This document shows, in pieces, positions 1-9,388 of a stretch of 12,970 bases of DNA. The stretch comes from Octopus sinensis (Eukaryota). Numbering within the stretch: position 1 is the stretch's first letter; each line of letters starts with the position of its first letter. The notes under the pieces were generated by a model that had not been told where the DNA came from, did not search any database, and saw only the letters and a program-made list of their open reading frames with translations. Made by a program: the position numbers and the translations under genes. The stretch is taken from the NCBI RefSeq assembly GCF_006345805.1, contig NW_021826450.1:1-12970 (forward strand). Direction: 5' to 3'.

Positions 1-273
1 GACGGAAACTGAAAGAAGCCTGTCGTATATATGTATATGTATATATATGTATGTGTGTGTTTGTGTGTCTGTGTTTGTCCCCCTAGCATTGCTTGACAGC
101 CGATGCTGGTGTGTTTACGTCCCCGTAACTTAGCAGTTCGGCAAAAGAGACCGATAGAATAAGTACTGGGCTTACAAAGAATAGGTCCCGGGGTCAATTT
201 GCTCGACTAAAGGCGGTGCTTGAGCTTGGCCACAGTCAAATGACTGAAACAAGTAAAAGAGAGTAAAAAGAGT
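1..273 (+). mobile_element. SINE family A, 3' part (5' end outside window)
   Basis: Near-identical to the reverse complement of 7141-7425 and 10247-10530. Internal (TA)/(TG) microsatellite, 3' hairpin CAGTCA-AA-TGACTG (233-246), tail of GAGTAAAA-like repeats (251-273). Confidence 0.9.
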
Positions 274-279
274 AATGGG

Positions 280-409
280 CTTAGAGTTATTGGCGCAGCA
301 AAGAGATGAGGAGGAGGCTATAAATTCTGTCACTGAAGCTGTAGAGAAGGCTGGTAGGTGGCTTTGAATGAAGAGGACAGACCAGTGGTTTGCTACTATT
401 CGGATGCTG
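280..409 (+). pseudogene. Degenerate C-terminus of an RLE-type (Hero-like) non-LTR retrotransposon ORF
   Basis: Manual translation gives LRVIGAAKR (280-306), a frameshift, then AINSVTEAVEKAGRWL*MKRTDQW (317-388). This resembles the C-terminal motif I recall for Hero-clade ORFs (LGI.G..KRRAI....EAAEKA.RWLW.KR...W). Confidence 0.6.
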
Positions 410-540
410 ATTTTATCGACCACGAAAGGATGAAAGGCAAAGAGGACCTCGGCGGACTTTGAACTCAAAACGTAAAGACGAATGAAATGCCGTTTAGCAT
501 TTTACCCGGCGTGCTAACGATTTTGCCAGCTCGCTGCCTT
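410..540 (-). mobile_element. SINE family B, head and part of central domain (3' truncated)
   Basis: Homologous to 8500-8627. Minus strand starts GGCAGCGAGCTGGCAAAATCG (A-box-like), has B-box-like GAGTTCAAAGTCC, then GCCTTTCATCCTTTCG. Confidence 0.85.
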
Positions 541-1045
541 AACTCCTGCTACTAATAATAGTTATATACTTATGGATCACAGAATACGTAAGGGAAAAGA
601 AATTCTGTAGAGTGGGTTCGTGAAGTAGTAATTGCGTCATCTTACACGTGTTTCGGTGAAGATAAAGAGCCGTGTTATGCATGTATGTATATATATATAT
701 AAGTATTTTTAGGTCAACACTTCATCAGAGGTTCTAAGCCAGAAAACTTATCAGGCTTGGATTGCATTATCCGGTTGATCATTATCTTCACCGATACACA
801 TGTAAGATAATGTGATTTTATGCTTTGATATTCATGTATTTCAATGAGTTGGTGACACATTCTCTTGGTATTTCGGTAAAAAAAATACAATATCTTATTG
901 TATGCCCTTATATATCCATAGTCCATGGAAGTCGTAGATAGATATGAACCAACTCTTTTATGAACACACACACACACACACACACATGTACGTTTGTGTA
1001 AATAAGGTACAACACTTTGTTTCAAACATGTTATATTTAAAAGGT

Positions 1046-1331
1046 GGACGTAGGCATGGCTGTGTGTTTCAGAAGCTCGTTGTTTCGGGTTCAGTGCCAC
1101 TGCACGGCACTTTAGGCAAGTGTCTTCTCCGGTAGCCCTGGACCAACTAAAAGCCTTATGACTGAATTTGGCAGACGGATACTGTGCGGAAGCCCGTCCT
1201 ATATATAAGTGTGTCTGTGCGTTTTTATGTTTGTGTTCGTCATCCGCCCCAACCGCTTGACAGCCGGTGTTGGTTTATTTATGTCCTCGTACCTTTGCAG
1301 TTCGGCAAAAGTTTTCGATAGAATAAATACC
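1046..1331 (+). mobile_element. SINE family A, diverged copy lacking 3' tail
   Basis: Colinear with the reverse complement of 10370-10662: TGGCTGTGTG (A-box-like), GGGTTCAGTGCC (B-box-like), CORE-like TTAGGCAAGTG, AAAGCCTTATGA, GTTCGGCAAAAG, GATAGAATAAATAC. Confidence 0.8.
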
Positions 1332-1407
1332 GTCTGGTCCAGAAATCGAAACCACTATCACAAGATTGCGAGCGCAACACCCTAACCACTAATCCACGTG
1401 CCTTCAC
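1332..1407 (-). mobile_element. tRNA-like head of a third SINE family (C), fragment
   Basis: Minus strand GTGAAGGCACGTGGATTAGTGGTTAG...GGTTTCGATTTCTGGACC has A-box- and B-box-like motifs at tRNA spacing, without a clean cloverleaf. Confidence 0.6.
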
Positions 1408-1747
1408 GATATATATGTGTGGGTGTGTGTGTGTGTGTGTGTACGTGTGTGCGTGTGTGAGAGTATGTGTGTATATGTATATATGTATGTATGTATGTGT
1501 GTGTGTGCTTTTGTGTTAATGTCTCTCCCCACTACCACTTGACAACCGGTGTTAGTTTGTTTACGTCACTAACTGTAACTTAGCGGTTCGACAAAAGACA
1601 CCTAGACTAAAATAAAAAGATACCTAGACTAAAAATAAAAATCTAAGTACTGCGAGCAATTTTTCGATTAAACCTTTTCAGGTGGTGCCACAGTATGGCC
1701 AGAGTCTAATGACTGAAACAAATACAAAACTAAATATAAAAAAAAAA
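1408..1747 (+). mobile_element. SINE family A, diverged 3' half with expanded (TG)/(TA) tract
   Basis: CTTGACAACCGGTG, GTAACTTAGCGGTTCG, GGTGGTGCC..AGTATGGCC and AATGACTGAAACAA match 92-252. Small internal duplication ACCTAGACTAAAA (1600, 1622). Confidence 0.8.
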
Positions 1748-1837
1748 CCTTATTCAAATTCGATTTGACCTTTAATATTTTAATAATTTTTCCTATTTCC
1801 TCATCAATTCTTTATTTTCGGTTAGGATTAATAAGAA

Positions 1838-2234
1838 CTAGCAGTATCGCCCGGCGTTGCTCGGGTTTGTAAGGGAAATAACTATATAAGCATTTTTAGA
1901 GAGTTATAGCCAAAAAATAGTAAAAAAATGCACTAAAAATGGGAAAAAAATGATGGTAAATTTTTTTTTAAATCGTTGACTCATCGTAGACATTTTTAGA
2001 GAGTTACTTCCCTTATATAATAGCGAAAAATGCATTAAAATGAAAAAAAATGAAGGTAAATTATTTTAAAAATCGTAGACTCATCGTAGACGCGCGCTAA
2101 TACCCAGAAGGGCTCGATATGAATCACGACTATAAGATACCTGGTTTTGGTTAAACTGCACCGCAAAATGTGGGAGTAGTTAGGAATCTAAATCGTAGGA
2201 GACAGACACACAACTTCACTTTTATATATAAAGA
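1838..2234 (-). mobile_element. Non-autonomous Helitron, copy 1 (397 bp)
   Basis: Minus strand begins TCTTTATATATAAAAG and ends with hairpin CCCG-AGCAACGC-CGGG then CTAG followed by T. Roughly 95% identical by eye to 2945-3340. Confidence 0.92.
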
Positions 2235-2749
2235 CTAGCAGTATCGCCCGGCGTTGCTCGGGTTTGTAAGGGAAATAACTATATAAGCATTTTTAGAGAG
2301 TTACTTCCCTTATAGATGCCAATCAATTCGGGCTTTCTTAGCCATTTCTGTTTGGTGTCTTCAGCCATGAAGTCGTTGTTCTAAAAGAACGCTGGTTTCC
2401 TTGACAACGCTTTACGACGTTGATTTCCTTACACTCCCTTCCCACAGCTTCACGAGGGAGGGAAGCGGGGGAGAAGCAAACAGGTGCAGGTGTGACCATG
2501 GACGCCAACTCCGCCGCCAGTCGACACACGAAAATTATGCATTAAAATGGAATAAAAAATGATGTTAAATTATTTTTTAAAATCGTAGACTCATCGTAGA
2601 CGCGCGCTAATAGCAGACGGGCTCGATATGATCACGACTATAAGATACCCGAATTTGGTTAACTACTGCAAACCGCAAATGTGGGAGTAGTTAGGAATCT
2701 AAATCGAAGGGGACAGACACTCACACAACTACAGTTTTATATATATAGA
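2235..2749 (-). mobile_element. Non-autonomous Helitron, copy 2 (515 bp variant with unique middle)
   Basis: A|TCTATATATATAAAA 5' end, same 3' hairpin and CTAG. Abuts copy 1 exactly. Unique GC-richer segment at about 2314-2535. Confidence 0.9.
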
Positions 2750-2879
2750 TATTCCCTAGTCCATTTGGTTAGTGACTGGCGACGTACACATTCTCACCTT
2801 CGAAGTGACCTGTTGTAATAATATGTACGCAGTCTGTGCGTTTTGCAGTAAGTCGAAGAGGGTCTTGGGAATAATTATA

Positions 2880-2946
2880 TAACTCATAAAATCTTCAACG
2901 CCATATTTTAAATTATATAACGTTAAACCATGGGAGATTTCATATC
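2880..2946. repeat. Direct repeat copy 1 flanking Helitron copy 3
   Basis: Matches 3341-3407 with one mismatch (T2909/G3370). Last 2 nt overlap the Helitron TC. Confidence 0.95.
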
Positions 2947-3340
2947 TTTATATATAAAAGTAAGGTTGTGTGTCTGTCTCCTACGATTTAGATTCCTAAC
3001 TACTCCCACATTTTGCGGTTCAGTTTAACCAAAACCGGATATCTTATAGTCGTGATTCATATCGAGCCCTTCTGGGTATTAGCGCGCGTCTACGATGAGT
3101 CTACGATTTTAAAAATAATTTACCATCATTTTTTTCCATTTTAATGCATTTTTTCGCTATTATATAAGGGAAGTAACTCTCTAAAAATGTCTACGATGAG
3201 TCAACGATTTAAAAAAAAATTACCATCATTTTTTTTCCATTTTTAATGCATTTTTTGCTATTTTTTGGCTATAACTCTCTAAAAATGCTTATATAGTTAT
3301 TTCTCTTACAAACCCGAGCAACGCCGGGCGATACTGCTAG
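2945..3340 (+). mobile_element. Non-autonomous Helitron, copy 3 (396 bp)
   Basis: A|TC start, subterminal hairpin 3313-3328, CTAG|T end. Internal ~100-bp duplicated module starting GTCTACGATGAGTC (3088, 3189). Confidence 0.93.
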
Positions 3341-3407
3341 TAACTCATAAAATCTTCAACGCCATATTTGAAATTATATAACGTTAAACCATGGGAGATT
3401 TCATATC
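3341..3407. repeat. Direct repeat copy 2 flanking Helitron copy 3
   Basis: Matches 2880-2946 at offset 461. Confidence 0.95.
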
Positions 3408-3879
3408 ATGATATATATCCTTACAATTCTTTTTATTTTTATGTGTTATGTATCTCCGCGCCTGTGTTTTGTGTGTGTGTGTGTGTGTGTACTTTTTTAA
3501 TGTTTTGTGTAAAAAAAAATTACAATAACAATACTAACATCAGCAAAAGAAAAACAGCAGCAGCAGCCGCAACAACAACAACTGCAACGCAATACAATTC
3601 GTCTCTCAATTTGCTATAAAAGATGTTTTTCTAAATACTCGCTTCCTGCAAATTCTTCAAGATTTTTTAATCGTTTTGCTGGGAGGTGGGTAAGAAAACA
3701 ACATTATGTTATGACATCCGTGCCGCTCCCCACCGTTGGGTCTAACCAGGTATTATGAAGGAAAAAATGGAGGAAGCTCAGAAAACGTGTTGTTGCATAA
3801 CAGAAACCATCTTGATTTCTTATTTGTTGTATAGTTTAGTCAGTGCTTTTTGGGGAGCTTTTTTTCGTGGTTAAATTTA

Positions 3880-4370
3880 GTGCTGAGATGTTTAATAAAC
3901 GGGCGGGAATGGAAGGCAAGGCAAGCAGACGAGATATGAATGTGTGAGGAGCGAGAGAGAGAGTGTGTGTGTGTGTGAGAGACAGAGAGAGATAGGCAGA
4001 TATAAATACATACATACACATACGCGTACACATAAATACACATACAAGTATAGACATGTATACGTAGACACTCACACATTTAAGTTATGATGGCATAAAT
4101 ATATTTAATACAGGCAATCTTAAATGGTAGACAAGCAGACGATATATGAACTGTGTGTTGAGGGCGAGAGACTATGTGATAGATATATAGATAAGAATGT
4201 ATACGTACATACACGCATGAACACACACAAATACACACACACAAACACACACACGCATACACAAGCCACACGCATACACACACGCTTGTACAGACACATA
4301 TACGTATTCAGACACGGTAGTGTAAATATATTTAATACTGCGACTCTTAAACGGTTGGTAGATAGAGTTA
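3880..4370. repeat. Old degenerate tandem repeat, period about 210-230 bp, with embedded CA/GA microsatellites
   Basis: CAAGCAGACGA(G/T)ATATGAA at 3922 and 4132; TAAATATATTTAATAC...TCTTAAA at 4096 and 4323. Confidence 0.6.
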
Positions 4371-4391
4371 TTATGTAGGGAGCTAGCTAAC

Positions 4392-4732
<341 letters not shown>

Positions 4733-4749
4733 AGACAGATAGATAGATA

Positions 4750-4802
<53 letters not shown>

Positions 4803-4833
4803 CAGACAGATAGACAGACAGAGACATAGATGG

Positions 4834-4869
<36 letters not shown>

Positions 4870-5010
4870 GATAGATAGAGATAGATAGATAGATAGGACA
4901 GAGAGAGAGTGAGAGATAGATAGATAGAGACAGAGAGAGTGATAGATAGATAGATAGATAGATAAAGACAGAGAGAGTGATAGATAGATAGATAAATAGA
5001 TAGATAGATA
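4733..5010. repeat. Compound (GACA)n/(GATA)n microsatellite
   Basis: Direct inspection; includes the variant unit GACAGAGAGAGTGA several times. Confidence 0.97.
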
Positions 5011-6133
5011 AGTTTCTTTATTGGCCACACAGGGCTGCACACAGATGGGACAAGTTACAAGGTAGAGCTTTTCTTTTGGGGGAGAAAAAAAAATGGTTGC
5101 GTAGGTTTTCGATCAAAAGGAATCGTAAAAGGGAAAAAGAACAAAAAAAAGAAAAAAAGGAAAAAAAAAAAAGAAAAAAAGGAAAAAAAAAAAAGAAAAA
5201 AGGGAAAAAATGAAAAGAAAAATGAAAAAAGAGGAAAAAAGGGGGAGAGGGAAAAAAACGATCAATAGGGATCGTGTATCACAGTGTCATGATGTATGGT
5301 GTAAAGGGGAAAGCAAGTAAGGTTTATCCGTGGGAAGAAAAGCCTACGAAAAAGACCACGGTAACCTTGGTCAATATTGTTATATGTTACCACATTTGTT
5401 TGCAAGTGGGTAACGCTCTGTTTTCAATTTCTGGGTTCATAGGATTATGCTCAAGGTGGCTTCGTCATTCATACGTGCCATCCTTGCTACATTCACCCAT
5501 CTTTTTTTAAAACATTCGCTAGACAAAACTTGCTTCTCTACTCTTACTTTCCTTTTCAAGTGGTACTTGAAGAAGTTGATGAGAGGTTGACCAGAGAGGA
5601 AAGTGTTTGTCTCCAATCCTTTCAGACGCGTCCACCAGATACATTCTTTCGCCATAGCCACAAGGATGATGAAAATAGCTCTTCCTTCCCGTTTGAAGGA
5701 AGGAGGCGTGACAATATTGACGATAGACTCAGCTGATAAACCGACTCGTCCCACACGTGACAGCAGTTGTTCGACATAAGCCCACAGGTCGGACACTGCA
5801 CGATTGCGTGCAGAACGGTTTCGTCGCTCTGACCGCATCTCGGGCAGATCGGCCCCATGTTTCTCGAGCCGTGTCTGTAGAGCTTATCCCGAACGGGTAA
5901 CGCTTCTCGGTAGCACTGCCAGGCCAGGGATCTCTGGAAGTTGTCCATGGGCCCTGGCCCGAAAGTCGTCCCGAACAGGCGGGTCAGGTATTCCTCGTCG
6001 ACGTCCAGGTTCGCCCCGAGCTCGTCGTCGTACCTCCCCTCCACTAATCCCCTATAGAATGCTTTGGTTGTGTTGAAGTCACTCAAGGTTGACCCAGGAC
6101 GACAGAGTTGCTTGAGAGCAACGCGACACTCGC
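5011..6133 (-). mobile_element. 5'-truncated non-LTR retrotransposon of L1/Tx1 type (about 1.12 kb)
   Basis: ORF2 C-terminus with CCHC zf-RVT motif, stop at 5437-5439, ~425-nt 3'UTR with U-rich tracts and AATAAA just before the end. GATA arrays at both junctions. Confidence 0.9.
5437..6133 (-). pseudogene. LINE ORF2 C-terminal fragment (zinc-binding zf-RVT region), frameshifted
   Basis: Frame open from the 5' junction: ECRVALKQL...LAWQCYREALPVRDKL...CPRCGQSDETVLHAIVQCP. One frameshift near 5790 leads into SDLWAYVEQLL...AKECIWWTR...FKKRW...SIIL*. Cx2C-ETxxH-x4-C and IWxxR are typical of L1/Tx1 ORF2. Confidence 0.88.
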
Positions 6134-6156
6134 AGATAGATAGGTAGGTAGGTATG

Positions 6157-6224
<68 letters not shown>

Positions 6225-6259
6225 GATAGATAGATAAAGACAGAGAGAGTGATAGATAG

Positions 6260-6293
<34 letters not shown>

Positions 6294-6352
6294 AGGGACA
6301 TAGATAGAGAGAGAGAGACATAGATAGAGACAGAGAGAGTGATAGATAGATA
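6134..6352. repeat. (GATA)n/(GA)n compound microsatellite
   Basis: Direct inspection; GACAGAGAGAGTGA at about 6239 and 6329. Confidence 0.97.
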
Positions 6353-6511
6353 AGTTTCTTTATTGGCCACACAGGGCTGCACACAGATGGGACAAGTTAC
6401 AAGGTAGAGCTTTTCTTTTGGGGATGAAGAGAACAAAAAACAAAAGAAAAAAAAACGGGGTGGCGTAGGTTTTCGATCAAGAGGGATCGTAAAAGGGAAG
6501 AAAAAAAGTGG
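6353..6511 (-). mobile_element. 5'-truncated 3'UTR stub of the same LINE
   Basis: 6353-6423 is identical to 5011-5081; downstream GCGTAGGTTTTCGATCAA..GG.ATCGTAAAAGGGAA is shared. Confidence 0.92.
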
Positions 6512-6735
<224 letters not shown>

Positions 6736-6974
6736 AATATGTAAAGGTATATACTGATAGATAAGCTGACACCTAGATAGGTAAATAGGTTGACAGGCAA
6801 ACAAATAGATTAATAGATATGATCGATTGGCAGATTAATAAAGACATAGGTGAGTGAATCAATCTATCAGTCGATAGACAGAGAAGTTAGTTCAAACATT
6901 CTTTATGCAGCCAGTAATAAAATAGCCTTGAAGTACATAGATCGATCGATCGATAAATAAGCTAAACGTTAACG

Positions 6975-7140
6975 TGAACATTAATAAACGACCTAGAAAT
7001 AGTTATATGTTAAGGAGAAAGAAGGAAATACAATATTAACCATTGGCTATCAATGTTATAATTATTTCAACAAGAAGGGGAAACCACTCTGGAATATTTC
7101 GACCTTATTATAACCTCATCAGGTAACCTTAAAATTCACT
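6975..7140. repeat. 166-bp direct repeat copy 1 flanking SINE A
   Basis: Matches 7554-7719 (offset 579) with 3 substitutions (7025, 7029, 7034). Confidence 0.96.
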
Positions 7141-7555
7141 TTTTTTTTTTTTTTTTTACTTGTTTCAGTCATTTGACTGCGGCCATGCTGGAGCACCGCC
7201 TTCAGTCGAGCAAATCGACCCCGGGACTTATTCTTTGTAAGCCCAGTACTTATTCTATCGGTCTCTTTTGCCGAACCGCTAAGTGACGGGGACGTAAACA
7301 CACCAGCATCGGTTGTCAAGCAATGCTAGGGGAACAAACACAGACACACAAACATATACACACACATACATACATATATATATATATACATATATACGAC
7401 AGGCTTCTTTCAGTTTCCGTCTACCAAATCCACTCACAAGGTTTTGGTCGGCCCGAGGCTATAGCAGAAGACACTTGCCCAAGATGCCACGCAGTGGGAC
7501 TGAACCCGGAACCATGTGGTTGGTTAGCAAGCTACTTACCACACAGCCACTCCTG
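7141..7555 (-). mobile_element. SINE family A, near full length, poly(A) tail
   Basis: Minus strand: TGGCTGTGTGG (A box), GGGTTCAGTCCC (B-box-like), CORE-like CTTGGGCAAGT, internal microsatellite, 3' hairpin, A17 tail. Resembles octopus OR-type tRNA-derived SINEs (from memory). Confidence 0.93.
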
Positions 7556-7719
7556 AACATTAATAAACGACCTAGAAATAGTTATATGTTAAGGAGAAAG
7601 AAGAAAACACAACATTAACCATTGGCTATCAATGTTATAATTATTTCAACAAGAAGGGGAAACCACTCTGGAATATTTCGACCTTATTATAACCTCATCA
7701 GGTAACCTTAAAATTCACT
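7554..7719. repeat. 166-bp direct repeat copy 2 flanking SINE A
   Basis: Matches 6975-7140. Confidence 0.96.
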
Positions 7720-7790
7720 GTGGTTGCCGAAGTAGTGAATAAGCATAAAATGCTGTACATTGGTTGGTATAGACTCCTAGAAGTGCTTAA

Positions 7791-8740
7791 CTGATTGTTT
7801 TCATATCACTGTTGAAATACACTGCCTCTGTTTCGATTAATTTTGGAAATAATAAATTCTACTCTTGGCACAAGGCCTTGATAATTTTGGGGGAAGGGGA
7901 CTAGTCGATTACATCGACCCCAGTGCGTAACTGGTACTTATTTCATCGATCCCCGAAAGGATGAAAGGCAAAGTCGAGCTCGGCGGAATTTGAACTCAAA
8001 ACGTAGTAGCCGCTGAAATACCTATTTCTTTACTACCCACAAGGGGCTAAACACAGAGGAGACAAACAAGGACAGGCAAACGGATTAAGTCGATTATATC
8101 GACCCCAGTGCGTAACTGGTACTTATTTAATCGATCCCGAAAGGATGAAAGGCAAAGTCGAACTCGGCGGAATTTGAACTCAGAACGTAGCGGCAAACGA
8201 AATACCTATTTCTATTTCTTTACCACCAACAAGGGCCTAAACACAGGGAGGACAAACAAGGACAGACAAACGGATTAAGTCGATTATATCGACCCCAGTG
8301 CGTAACTGGTACTCATTCAATCGACCCCGAAAGGATAAAAGGCAAAGCCGACCTCGGCGGAATTTGAACTCAGAACGTAGTAGCCGCTGAAATACCTATT
8401 TCTTTATTACCCACAAAGGGCTAAACACAGAGGGGACAAACAAGGACAGACAAAGGGATTAAGTCGATTGTATCGACCCCAGTGCGTAACTGGTACTTAT
8501 TAAATCGATCCCGAAAGTATAAAGGCAAAATCGACCTCGGCGGAATTTGAACCCAGAACGTAACGGCAGACGAAATACGGCTACGAATTTCGCCCGGCGT
8601 GTTAACGTTTCTGCCAGCTCGCCACCCTCTAATTTTCGAAATAATGAAGAATCTAATAAAATAAACTTGTCATTATTGATTTGATGTTTGGAACATAAAC
8701 CAACATGAAATTTTGACAGAAGGTTTTAATCTAGATCACT
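7791..8740 (+). mobile_element. Degenerate TTAA-type MITE copy 1, interrupted by the SINE B tetramer
   Basis: 7791-7853 joined to 8646-8744 aligns with 8745-8824 joined to 10091-10156 (CTTGTCATTATT, TGTTTGGAACA, AATTTTGA..GAAG, TTTTAAT). Preceded by TTAA at 7787-7790. Confidence 0.6.
7854..8629 (-). mobile_element. SINE family B tetramer with one head, four cores and two tail types
   Basis: AGTCGATT recurs at 7903, 8088, 8278, 8462 (periods 185, 190, 184). Single A-box head at about 8580-8627. 16-bp TSD TAATTTT(G/C)GAAATAAT at 7838-7853 and 8630-8645. Confidence 0.92.
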
Positions 8741-9010
8741 TTAACCCTTTTGTTACAATATTTCTTTTTAAATATACCGACTTCGTTTTAATTCTGAAAA
8801 TAATGCAGAGCTTGTCATTATTAAGCCCTTAATGGATTATCCCGAGTTTACTCGTGCATCGCAAACGTATCTTTTTAGAACCAGACGAGTATACTCGGTC
8901 AAAATTAACTTTTAATTTTAACACCCAAACGAGTTTATTTGTTTTGTGTCGTTTCATTTTTGAGCAATTACGAATTTACTCACGTTGTTTTAAAAAAATG
9001 AGTATTTTTT

Positions 9011-9388
9011 TTTTTTCATTTGATGGATTTGGCCATCTGGAATGCTTATGTTTTGTATAAAGCATCTTTGGAAACTTCAGCTTCTGCTATGAAACCGCTG
9101 AAATTTAGGATGCAAACAATCACCAAGATTATTGAAAAATATAGGCCCTTATTGCCTCCCACGAAACCAGGAAGACCATCATCGATCCCACATTCAACAA
9201 GATTTGCCCCAGCTGGTCACTTTCCCATGGAAATACCACCAAGTGATAAGAAAAAGAACCCTACAAGATAGTGTGCAAAATGCGCAGAGAAGAGAGACGC
9301 TAAAGGAAAGAAGATTCGAAGAGAAAGCAGATACATGTGTGATGTCTGCAAGATAACTCTTTGTTTTAAAAATTATCATTCTAAATAA
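9011..9388 (+). pseudogene. piggyBac (PGBD4-like) transposase C-terminal remnant
   Basis: FFHLMDLAIWNAYVLYK...LKFRMQ...GHFP...NPTR*CAKC...RRESRYMCDVCKITLCFKNYH: end of the catalytic domain plus the Cys-rich domain, with an in-frame stop at 9269-9271. Confidence 0.9.

Noticed and set aside
713-801. Possible + strand exon TTTTTAG|G...CAT|GTAAGA, open as xQHFIRGSKPENLSGLDCIIRLIIIFTDTH
   Set aside because: Short pyrimidine tract, weak exon side of the donor, no recognisable protein, and phase 0 end does not join the phase 1 exon at 11427. Not excluded, but unsupported.
1332-1407. Functional tRNA gene
   Set aside because: A and B boxes are present but acceptor and anticodon stems do not pair cleanly; better explained as a SINE head.
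2338-2529. 63-aa ORF in the Helitron cargo segment
   Set aside because: Non-ATG start, short, and no Rep, helicase or host motif recognised.
3525-3595. (AAC)/(AGC) triplet tract as polyQ/A/T coding sequence
   Set aside because: No splice or ORF context; lies beside other microsatellites.
5530-6076. Plus-strand ORFs of 68 and 90 aa
   Set aside because: Antisense shadows of the LINE ORF2.
7903-8580. CRISPR-like periodic array
   Set aside because: Period is about 185 bp, the intervening segments are homologous rather than unique spacers, the units are SINE sequence and the context is eukaryotic.
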